In this document: positions 13,904 to 26,607 of the stretch, in pieces
Layout: each line of letters starts with the position of its first letter
Numbering within the stretch: position 1 is the stretch's first letter
Assembly (NCBI GenBank): GCA_964016885.1
Contig: OZ024749.1
Coordinates: forward strand, 41,292,001 to 41,356,000
DNA length: 64,000 bases
Source of the DNA: Eledone cirrhosa
Lineage: Eukaryota
Direction: 5' to 3'
Translations under genes and position numbers: made by a program
The notes under the pieces: model-generated
What the model saw: the letters and a program-made list of their open reading frames with translations, nothing else
What the model was told of the DNA's origin: nothing
Databases searched by the model: none

Positions 13904-14343
13904 TTAACTCCTTAGTATTTAAACCATTAGCATTTACATTACTCTATATATACTATTGTATTTTTTTGGTAAAGGCTCTATCTTACATAATTATCTCACG
14001 TGATATTGAATCTATGAGATTTTAATGTTATTTATTTTGAGAACAATGTCTAACATTAGTATAAGTGGCCAGTTATAGCCGGTTTGAACAGAAAGAGGTG
14101 AGAAAATACTGGCCGGATATGGCTGGTTTAAATGCTAAAGGGTTAACCTGGCCAGATATGGCCAGAATGTCTTTTATTCTTTCTGTTCAAACCAACCACA
14201 ACTGGCTCCTCATACTTATGTTAAGGTATTGTTCTCAAAATAAATAATATCAAAATCTCATAGATTTTATATTATGTGAGATAAAGTGTTGACCATGAAA
14301 ATACAATAGTAAATATAGAGCAATGTAAATGCTAAAGGATTAA
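13904..14343. mobile_element. Two nested TTAA-flanked MITEs (piggyBac-like)
   Basis: Outer copy is interrupted at an internal TTAA (~13919) by an inverted copy ending AAAGGG-TTAA at 14146. Confidence 0.75.
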
Positions 14344-14382
14344 ATTGCCAGAAAGTATTCAACCTGTCTTTTGTGTTTTCAG

Positions 14383-14550
14383 ATCTGGACCGTAAAAGCA
14401 GAATTAATGGAAGGTTTCTGTTGAGAGAAAGTCGTATCAAACAGGGCGATAAAGTCATCTCTATGATTCAAGATGGCAAAGTTTACCATTTTCATGTCGT
14501 GCATAAGTTTGACAATTGCTTCCAGATTGACTGTGGACCTGTAACACAAG
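14383..14550 (+). CDS. shark: shark exon: N-terminal SH2 core
   Basis: ttttcAG/GTaggt, phase 1-1; LDRKSRINGRFLLRESRIKQGDKVISMIQDGKVYHFHVVHKFDNCFQIDCGPVTQ. Confidence 0.9.
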
Positions 14551-15799
14551 GTAGGTTTCTATTACTCCCTGGTACCACTGTTGTACCCCTGGTGCCTCTA
14601 TTGTCCCCTGGTCCCTCTGTTGCTCCCTGGTGTCTCTGTTGCTCCCTGGTGCCTACTGTTGCTCCTTGGTGCCTCAGTGCTCTCTGGTACCTCTGTTGAT
14701 TCTGTTGGAAAGTTTAATGTCTGAAAATTTAACATAGCTGGATAGATGGTATTGTTGTAAGATGGCAGTGTTGTGAGATAGTTACTGTTGTTGGATAGAT
14801 AGGTAACTGGTTAGTTGGATAGCTGTACAGTTGGGTAACTAGATAGCTGGATAACTGGGTAGCTGGGTAGATAGGTAGCTGGTTAGTTGGATAGCTTGGT
14901 AGCTGGTTAGTTGGATAGCTGGTTAGCTGGTTAGATGGCTAGATGGTTCTCTGTGTACATTTGATATTGACTTATATCATGTAATTAATTCCAGTTATCA
15001 GATCAGTGTGTGGAATTAATATTTATTTTGGCTTCTAAACTTTCATTTTATTTGTCCATCCCACTATCTTGTCTCTGTTCCATTTCTACATAGACATATG
15101 GGTGTGTATGTGTGTGCTGTATAGTATATAGTGTATATATATATATATATATATGGTGGCTGCCAACTCGTTTTCGAGTACGGCCACTACTTTATATCCA
15201 TGTAGGAGAACCCCTACCGATGCGCTGAACGAGTGACTTTTTAGTCCAGCCAGCAACTTGAAAACTCTGGTACAAATACTACACTTGTGACAATTATTGA
15301 CACATAGTGCTGGGCCCATGGTACCATGTGATGACAAGTGCAGAGAGATCTCCAGATATAAAGCAATGCCTGTGCCGTGAAGCTTTTATAGTGAGCAAAG
15401 GCACTGCACAAAGCTAGTCCCACTCTCTTAACCAAGATGATATTTACCAAAAAGAAGAACAAGTCAACATCATTGGATACCATTAGGGTTGCAGGTGTTA
15501 TATCAGAGTTTTCCTTCTCCTAGAATTTTGCCTTGACAAAGGCTAAGGGGTCATCTCTCCTGGTGATTTTGGATGGCCATTGACTCTTACGAGCTCCTTT
15601 GCCCTTTGACAGGTTTTGTTTTTAGTCCTTGGTGGGGTTGCCAGTTTAGTCGCCAATGACCCGACCATGAGACAGGTTGTACTGGGATACATGTTACCAT
15701 ACATACTTACATATACGCACACATATATATGTATGTGTGCAAATGTGTATGTAGTGCATATATATATATGTATGTATATACTATATACAGATGTATATG

Positions 15800-15849
<50 letters not shown>

Positions 15850-17728
15850 TACATATGTATGTACACACATACATACTTACATAAAAACATATTACTCAAG
15901 AATTTAATCTAAGACCACATGATTGCAAACCTAACTCCTGAACTACGCAGCCATGCCTGTGACTAATTTATTCATTTTTATAATTGTATACACTCCTTTT
16001 TACATCATAATGGGTTTGATAGATTAGCAACCTGTTGATATTTTGCATTTTTTTCATATCTTCTTTTTCGCTCACATGTGTCGTGGGGGCAGGGTCCTCA
16101 AATACTCCTTCTAGTGGGTCTTGTCAGAAGCAACCATCCCTAACTGATCCAGCTGGATCCCCAAGTCAAGTGAGACCAGCCATATATTTTAGAACATTTT
16201 TAAGGATTTTCTACCCACATGCCTTTACATTCCCTATATTGTCTTGGGTTTGATAGATCAACAAATTGTTGGTATTTTTGTTTTGTTTTTCCCTCTAATT
16301 TTCTTTTGTATCAATAGGTATTGATAGATTGATCAAGATCCATCAACAAAAACCTGCTGGGTTGCCATGCTGCCTAACAAGCTTCATAGCTGGCAAACCA
16401 CCACTACCAGCCCTTCGATATCGGGGACCAACCAATCTATTACACAAAGCCATACAAGAACGTAAGTACCTGATCCTATAACTCAGTCCACTAAATTATC
16501 ATAAAGCCAGTCATAGATACGTTCCGGCTTCTGGCTGATAGGCATGTCCAGGGACAACTCTAACATTAACTCTTAATGTCCTGTACCACTTGAAATCACA
16601 TTAGCAAGACAACCATGAAAGTACAAAACAGCACTATGGCTGTTAGAAATAAAAGTATTTACTTTAATACTGCAAATTTTCACAATAACCCGTCCACTAG
16701 TAAAGATACCATAATCATTTAGTACAAAACAGCACTATGATTGCATCATATTAAAATTTAAAGTTTTTAATACTGTAAATTTTCACCATGATCTGTCTAC
16801 AAGTAAAGATACTATAAACATTTGAATTAACAGATTCATTTTTAGACATTTTCTGAAAAATCATTGCAGGATGTTAAGAGTTAAGGCCAACTACCTAGTC
16901 ACATACCTTGGAAAGGTACATTACTGAACCTTAAAGGATCACAGTTTTATACATTTTTGTATAATAAAATTAAATCATCATCATCATCAACACCATTTAA
17001 CGTCCAGTATTCCATGCTTGCATAGGTCAGACGGGTCATCCATATCAAGAGACAAGTTTGGCCAGGATTGGCTATGCTGTACTTTGCTTTGGCAGGACTG
17101 TAAATTTGGCTGGAGTTTTTACAGCTGGATGCCCTCCCTAACAGCAAATATAATAATTTCCTACAACCAATAAATAAATCACTAAACTTGAGAATTGAAT
17201 TAGAAGCCTTTTGTCATATTTCCACTACAGAAAATAGTTTAATAACAGGTTATGTAAGCCCCCATAACAGAAACAAAATAGGTAATTGCTGCCATATTCA
17301 AATTTTCAATCGCCGCTGTATTCTAAGCACTTGTATTTAAATCACTAAACATTATTGCCATATAACAATATTGTGGAAATATTCCAAGCAGTGGAGAGGG
17401 TCACGTGATTTGGTTTAGGAGGGGTGTGGTTAGTTTAGTGGACAATGCCGGCTTAATAATTTTCTTAGCATGGTCAGAGCAAGACGTGTCAAAAACTGTA
17501 AGTTGAAACTTTCACCAACCACTTTACACATTTCTTTACTGTAATCTACGTTCACATTGGATTTAACTATAAAAACATGTATTTATTTATTTATTTTAAT
17601 TTCTTAATAATCTCCAGAAAATATCAAACACTGCACTAAAATTCTCAACTCTAAAGAATGTCCAAATATCAATAGCAGGAACATAGACGGTGAGACACTG
17701 TTTTTACTTCATTTGTATATATAATTTG

Positions 17729-17764
<36 letters not shown>

Positions 17765-17844
17765 ATATCATCATCATCATCATCAATATCATCATCATCA
17801 TCATCATCAATATAATCATCATCATCATCTTCGTCATTGTCAAT

Positions 17845-17880
<36 letters not shown>

Positions 17881-18533
17881 TTCGTCATCGTCAATGTCAT
17901 CATCTTTGCCATCATCAATATCATCATCTTCGCCATCATCAATATCATTATCATCGTTATTATCATCATCATCATTTAACATCTGTTTTCCCTGATAGCA
18001 AAGGTTGGACGGGTCTACATAGACCAAGTCAGTACTGAAGTGGGGCTACTGACCTCCAAGACAGCCCAAGCAGGTCTGTATCTTGCTTACATAAGTCATA
18101 TCGAGTGCAGAGGAAAAATTGTCTTTTGACACAAACTGCAGGGTCCTTATGACCCCTTGTTTGGCAAGCTTTCTATGGCTGGATGCTCTTTGTAATACCA
18201 ACCACTTTACAGCGTGAACTAGGTGCTTTTATTGTGTAGATCACCAGCACTAGGGAGGCTGTCATGTCCTTGAGGCAACTAAAGAAATGTATTAAGTATA
18301 ACAGGACAAAGTTTCATATGAATGTTTTTTATTGATTATCGACGAGTTGTGTGTTTCACAGATGATTGGCTCAAGGTCCTTGTTTGTGTTATAGACCTGA
18401 TTCTAACATTGATATGTTAATCAGACTTGTTGATCAAGCTAAAAACAAAATATTGGTACCACTTCCAGTAACCCACATAGTCATTGAATTTATTGAATAA
18501 ATCAACCTATATATAAATATCCTCTTCTTCTCC

Positions 18534-18606
<73 letters not shown>

Positions 18607-19732
18607 TATATATATATATATGTATGTGTGTGTGTATATATATATTTATAGTTTCCCAATATTTCTTTTTACACTACAGGTGACACAGCCCTACACATTG
18701 CATGTAAAAATGGAAACAGCAACATAGTAAAACTGCTTCTAAAATACAATATTGATCTATCAGTAAAGAATCAAGAACACTGTACACCTTTTCAAGTGAG
18801 TGACATTTTTCTTATCTGCTTCTTTAGAATCAAATTTTGTGTACATATACATATATATATATATATGTGTATACAAATATATAAATATATGTGTGTGTGT
18901 GTGTGTTTAATATAGAAATGGCCTCTACAGGACTAGAGCTGTTTCATTAGAAGGAAATTTCCAGTTTTCTTAACCCTTCAGCATTTAAACCGGCCATATA
19001 AGGGCAGAATTCTCTGACCTCTTTCTGTTCAAACCAGCTGTATCTGGCTACTCATATTGATGTTAAGGTATTGTTTTCCAAATAAATAATATCAAAATCT
19101 CATAGATTCAATATTATGTGAGATAATTATATAAAAATATAATAGTAAATATAGAGTAACTATATGAAAATATAATAATAAATATAGAGTAACTATATAA
19201 AAATATAATAATAAATATAGAGTAACTATATAAAAATATAATAGTAAATATAGAGTAACTATATGAAAATATAATAATAAATATAGAGTAACTATATGAA
19301 AATATAATAATAAATATAGAGTAACTATATAAAAATATAATAGTAAATATAGAGTAACTATATGAAAATATAATAATAAATATAGAGTAACTATATGAAA
19401 ATATAATAGTAAATATAGAGTAATGTAAATGGTAATAGGTTACTTCAGCTTCAGTGTCACGCCTCCAGCTGCCCCAAGGTCAGCTTCGCTTCCTCTTAGC
19501 CTGCAGGTTCAGGAATCCAGCATTCAGCACAACACACCAGGGTGTGTTGTGCTGAATGCTGGATTCCTGAGGGTGTGTTCAATCTAGCTCCACTTCTGTA
19601 AAGTTTTTTTTTATTTAAAAAAATTTCTTTATTTTGTTTTATATATCACTAGAGTTACTTCAAACTTTATACATAGATATTGGATCTTATGTATCTTGTA
19701 TCTTGTTCTCTTGTTATCTTAGAGTGGGGTGC

Positions 19733-19807
<75 letters not shown>

Positions 19808-22800
19808 GTGCCACTGTGCATGTGTGTATGTGTGAATGTATGTGAGTGTACGTGTATGATGAGTTTCTAAAACCTATTTCATTAATAGGTCACCATGGTA
19901 GACTACACATTCATCAAGCAGTATGTATATATAGATTTAAATGACTCTTGGTAAACCCTCATCTTTCACTAAACAATACCCACAATAGAACTGAACTTAC
20001 TATAAATTTACATGACACCATGTCCCTTGCTAATTACAGCAATAACCCCTTTCATACCAAACTACCTGAAGCTGCCTGAAACTAGCCCTAGTTCTGTAAT
20101 AACCAACTGTTTGTTTTAAAGTGTTTATATTTATCTAAAAAACCTTCCATCATAATTTTATGTAAGAACCTTTGTTAGGTTATGTTCCAAACACCAACTT
20201 GATAATAAAAAATTTAGTTATTTTACTAAATCCCTGCAAATTCTTAAATATTTTAAAATCAACGGCAATGTCTCCGTTCATAAGAAACCTAGTGGAGAAA
20301 GGGTTAATAAATACAGCTCACTTGATTGAGCCATTGGGACTAAATACATCTTTGTTGTGAACGAGAGGCTTTCATGAACCAAGGTTACACAGTATATGTA
20401 TTTAGCATAGATTACTAAAATATTTAATGAGCAGTTTGAAATGAACCCTTTATTTTATATTTGGTGTGGTACTATTACCAGATAGTCAAGCTCTTTACTA
20501 ACTTATCCAACTCTATTCTGGCTTTTACAGGTGGAAGAACATTTTTTTATGTTTTTAATAAAAATGAAAATTCTACTAGAATTTTAAATAATAAAAATCA
20601 GCTCAAAATTTTAAAGTACTTTGAAATGGTAAATTCTGTGTTCATTTTAGGGAATTCTACTGAAACAATCTGTATTGTTATACATGATGAAACGACAAAA
20701 CCAGGAAGTTGGTTTTGTGTTGAATATTACTATAAATGGGAATAAGCTGGATATTTTCTAATCCCATGCTAGCATGGAAGATAGACGTTAAACAATGATG
20801 ATGATGATTTTAGTCATGTGACTAAAGGATAGTTTTGGTATACTATTTTGTGGTCATTAGCAGTCATTAAAACCACTTTGGGTGGTGATCTCAATTGTCA
20901 TCAATCTCATTGGATTATATTTCAGCAGAATTTCCTTCTCTAATAGGCATACCACTGGGCTCTTTGTGATAGTTGTGGACACAGCGTGGCCAAATAATTA
21001 AGAAGTCTGCTTTACAATTATCAGGTCATGGGTTCAATCTTACTGTGTGATATTTGCTCTGTGTGTAGAATTGGATAGACAGGAACTGTTTGGAAGCCTA
21101 TCAGATGCATAGATTGTACCTGTAATTCAAAGAGCCAGCTTGTCACACACATTGTGTCATGCTGAATCTCCCTGAGAATTACATTACATCCAACAATACA
21201 TCCAACATTACATGCTAGCAGGAAAAATGGACATTAAACAATGATGAGGATGATGATAACATACACATGTCTGTAGAATGCTCAGACACTTACCCATTAA
21301 TTTCATGAGCAGGCTGTTCAATTGATTAAACAACTGGAGACACTTCCGTACGAATGAGACATGGTCTCCCGACCAATCCTGCATCAAAGGGAACAAAACT
21401 GTCTAACCTATGCTAGAGTGGAAGATGGATGTTAAACGATGATGATGATGATGATGAAGACATGTTGTCGGATCCATCATCTGTCCATTTCATCCTGGCT
21501 CTTTATCACAATAGAGGAGGTGGAGGAGGTGTGGCTCCCATTGTAGTTATGCATGCATGGTCCCGTAACTCCTGAAGGGGCTGTATTGACATACAGCAGT
21601 TCTAGGGCATTTTTTTTAACCTGCCAGGGCCCATCTCCTCTCCTGGTCTAAATACAGCAGATTTCTTCCACAGAAGAATACAGAGTAAGAGAATGGAAGT
21701 GAGGAAGAATCGGCCCCAGTACTAGACTGGTACTTTTTTTATTGACCTTGAATGGACGAAAGGCAAAGTTGACCTCAACGGGATTTGAACTCAGATATCA
21801 GAGAGCTGAAACAAATATCACAAACCCATTCCACAACATGGTTTAGTTTGTTTCAATTCACAGCAATACAGACACATTGCCTAGAGGTTATGATGTTGAA
21901 CACACAATCTTAAGTTGTGAGTTCAGTTCCTAGATCAGGCAACATGTTATCTTCTTTATAGGACTGGAGGCCTTTATCATTTAACAAACAAAAAACACCT
22001 GAGGAACTTCCTGTGAGATGTAACTATATAATGGGCCAGTTAAATCTACACAGATGAGGGTGTAAAGTTCATTCACTTCAATTGACAATACCAAAATGTT
22101 GCCAATTCTACTGATAAATTGGTTTATTTTCTTGCTTTTTTGTTGTTGTTATTGTTGCTGTTTAGGTGGCGTGTCAAGCTAATCAACCTGAAATTATATC
22201 TGACCTCTTACAAATTGCCAAATATGACCCCCATGAGAGATGTGTGGTGACAGGATTATACCCGTTACATGAAGTGGCACAAAGGGGTTACCATAAATGT
22301 GTACAGGTATCTATACAAATGAATAGTTATATTTGTGTTTATGTGTCTCTATATTACTCTATTATGTGTTCCAGCCAACAGGCTGAGGACATGCCAAGGC
22401 ATCACCGTACATATATATACATATATACATATAATATATATATAATATATATATAATATATATAATATATATTTTATATAGCAGGGAAAAGCGGACGTAA
22501 AATGATGATGATAATATATATATATATTCAGTCAATCGACAAGATCCTAGACCTCATTCGTTTAACAAGTGAGGTGGAGCTCATCAAATCAGGCAGAGAA
22601 AACAATGTTTCCATTGGTCTTTCCAATTGCTAATTCTATCTGTCAGTCGGAAATCCAGGCCGAAGGAGCAATGTGAAATAAGGTGTCTTGCTCAAAGATA
22701 TAATACATTGCACGGTCCGGGAATCGAAATCACAACCTCACAATTGCAAATCCAATTCATCCATGCGCCTTCACAATATCATTTCATCATCATTTCATTT

Positions 22801-24014
22801 TACGTCCGCTTTTCCCTGCTTGCAAGGGTGGGACGGGAACTGATTCTGGCTTGATTTCTACAGCTGGATGCCCTTCCTAACACCAACCTCATTTACAGTG
22901 AGTGCTGGGTACTTTTTTGCTGTGGCACCTCCACGACCACCTTGCAGTGGAATGATAGGGACCCCAGTCCCTATCATCTCATTTCTACAGCTGAGTAAAC
23001 TGGAGCAATGTGAAATAAAGTGTCTTGCTCAAGGAAACAACACATCACCCGGTCTGAGAATTGAACTCACAATCTTTCGATTGCAAGCCCAATGCTCTAA
23101 CCACTAAGCCATGTGCCTCCATCTATATATATATCATCAATATTATATATAAGTATATATCCTCAACTACTTGCCCCAAACAGTATATAAATGCTCTCTT
23201 TTAGACCACCAAGGGAAGCCAAGTACCACCATAACACCTCTCTAGCAACAAAATACCAGTATCCTAGCCTCAACTCCTATAACAATCTCTGTTATGATTA
23301 TGTGAATGTTTGAGTATGTGTATATGTGTTTGTGTGTGTTTATTTAGAAAGATACATAAACAATAGAATTACAAACACACATGTATCCACATATATATAA
23401 ACAGACACACTTGGAAAAAATAATTATTACATACACACACATCTATGTGATGACTGAGGAAGGAGGGAGGTGAGAAGCTATAGAAGTCCAGCGTTCTAAG
23501 ATTTGTCACACTTGTATGTGTATATGTGTAGCGAATTGGCTATGCACATTGGAGTGACTTTGTATCACTTGTGTGAGTGAGGATAAAGGAACCAACAAAC
23601 ATCTCTTTTTTATATTATGTATAGATATTACTATTAGCTCTCATTTTTTACGTCATGGGGCCAGCTAGTAGTTATATAATCAGTGATCAGAAATTATACA
23701 CACCACACCATCCTGCTCTTCCATCCTCTATAACTAACTGTTCTTCTACTTAGTTTAAAACACATGAATATTTCCAATTTCAGGTATTACTTCAGAATCT
23801 CTCCCCAGCATTTCCAAGAACACAAGAAGGTTTAACGCCATTAGATCTAGCCATTGAAAACAAACACAGTAAAGCTATCAAACTCTTTGGTAACTACAGT
23901 TATATTATCTACTCTTTGTCTTATTGGTCTTATGACACTTTTGTTATATATGTGTTTATTTCTGTTCATGTAGCTAAATATTTCTTTTACATCTACAACA
24001 AACACACACACATG

Positions 24015-24051
<37 letters not shown>

Positions 24052-25560
24052 ATATGGGTAAAAGGTAAACAGAAATAATAAAAAATAACAATCTATCAAG
24101 TAGAAAAGATACTACAAACATTTGGATTAACAAACCTGTTTTTAGATATTTTCTGTTAAATCATTACAGGATATTAAAAATGAATGAATAACCTTGCTTA
24201 TGTAACATTTATCTAAAATGACTACACTGCATAAAAAATTAAGGTATTTACTCAAATACTGCAAATGTGTACAATAATCTATCTAGTAGTAAAGATACTA
24301 CAAACATTTGCATTAACAAACCTGTTTTTAGATATTTTCTGAGGACAATTTATTTCACATGTTTCCTAAGAAAAAAAAATTTTGAAAATAAGTCACCAAC
24401 ACCCAAATTGTATTCAATTTCACCTCTCAATACAAACACTGTCTATTATATATGATAAATGTTGTTTATTTTCACAGAGAAATATGTTCCACCACCAGTA
24501 CTTACAAAACCTGAACATTGGCTACATCCAGAACTTGAAAGACAAGTAAGCAGGACATGTTCTTTTATGTTGGTAGTTTTTTTTTACGGTTGTTGTTTGT
24601 GTGGTTTGTTTTTGATGTTCCTATTGAAAATAGATTTTGTTTATGGCTTTTTTTGGTGGGAGGGGGGGGGGATGTTTTAAAGGTTTGTTTTTCTTTTCTA
24701 AATCCTTTATTATATACATTACTCTCACATACCTTCACCACCTTCAAAATACATGTTTCAACTCCCTTCCCTCCCCCTCTCTCTCACCTCTCTCTCTCTC
24801 TCCCTCTCCCTTCTCTGCCACACTCTTTATACTTCTCTCTCTCCTTTCTCCTCTCTCTCTCACTCTCTTTCTCCTTCTCTCTCACCCGTCACTTCTCTTT
24901 CTCTCTCTCTCTGTTCTTTTATCCTCTTCCCTCCCCTTTCTCTCATTGTTCCCATCTTCTGTTTCTTTCTGTCAGTTTCAACCTATCATATCAACCTCAA
25001 TATATTATTCAATATGTTAGCTAGGGGTCATAATGGGTCACATTACAAACAATTAAGAAAAGAGAAGCGAGACAGTTTTACATATTCAACTTCAGTTTAT
25101 TGTTATTACATCACACCTATTATGTACATTTCAAAAGCATTAAAATGTCCTTATTTAATACATTGTCATCAGAGAGGTGCTGAAAAAATATATATAGGCA
25201 TAAATTGGTTGGTGATAGGAAGGGCATCCAGCCATAGAAACATGCAAAATAAAAAAGGGTCAGGATTACACTTCCATAAAGTAGTTTGTGATAGGAAGCA
25301 TATCCAGCCATAGAAAATCTGCCAAACAAAGTTAGAAAGGACTCTTCAGCTATGCCAAGGACATGACAACTCCCTAGTGTTGGTATCATGATAAAATACA
25401 CACAGTAGAGCGCAGAATCGCATGTCAGGGCCCCAACATAGCTAAAAAGTCCTCCTTGAAGGATAGGGGCTCTGCTTGACTACTGACCATTCTTGATGAC
25501 ATGTCCAACATTTGCTGGCAGGGAAAACAAATATTAAACAATGATGGTTATATTTGTGTG

Positions 25561-25622
<62 letters not shown>

Positions 25623-26209
25623 AAGAATTCGAAGTTGGAAAGCCAGCATGGTATAGCAAGCAATATTGGACACTGGAATAGTTCCTTTATTTTCCTCTTC
25701 CTCGGAAGAAGAGATATTAATCTCGAAATATCAGGATATATGAATAAATTAAGGTAAAAAAACAAACCCGGTTTCTTACGTTTTAATTTTTCTCCGTCCA
25801 AACCTGCATTGTCGTGGCTTTCCAACTTCAAATTTTTTGTACCATACCATATATATATATACACATATAATTATGATGGCGATGGTGCTTCTAATTATAG
25901 TCATTTAAAATAATTACTTTTATTATCAAATAATTATTGTTGATTATCTTTGCTTAACAGAATGGTCTTATTTTGTGTTTATTACTGTTCAGGGTGCTGC
26001 AATTTTATTAAAACGTGGTGCTGCTACTCCAGGGTTGTTCCTCATTAGAAGAAGTAAATGGCGTGAAGGTTGGTACGTGATGAGTATCTACTCTGGACAT
26101 GTCTTCCACTTTGAGATTCAGAACTGTGTAAGTGAAGCATCTCATCTTCATTCTCTTGTAGTTATATCTACTCATTGATTGTATAATATATGTATGTGTA
26201 TGTGTGTGT

Positions 26210-26241
<32 letters not shown>

Positions 26242-26565
26242 TTTACGTCCGCTTTTTCCCTGCTTGCAAGGGTGGGGTGGGAACTGATGCTGGCTTGATT
26301 TCTACAGCTTGGATGCCCTTCCTAACACCAACCTCATTTACAGCGAGTGCTGGGTGCTTTTTTTGCCGTGGCACCTCCACGACCACTTTGCAGTGGAATG
26401 ATAGGGACATTTCTACAGCTGAGTAAACCGGAGCAATGTGAAATAAAGTGCCTTGCTCAAGGAAACAACACATCACCCGGTCTGAAAATTGAACTCACAA
26501 CCTTTCGATTGCAAGGCCAATGCTCTAACCACTAAGCCATGTGCCTCCATGTATATATATATATC

Positions 26566-26607
<42 letters not shown>

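Noticed and set aside
19875-19925. Minus-strand TTGATGA...GAAA motif
   Set aside because: C3 is mutated and the stems are poor, so it is not supportable.
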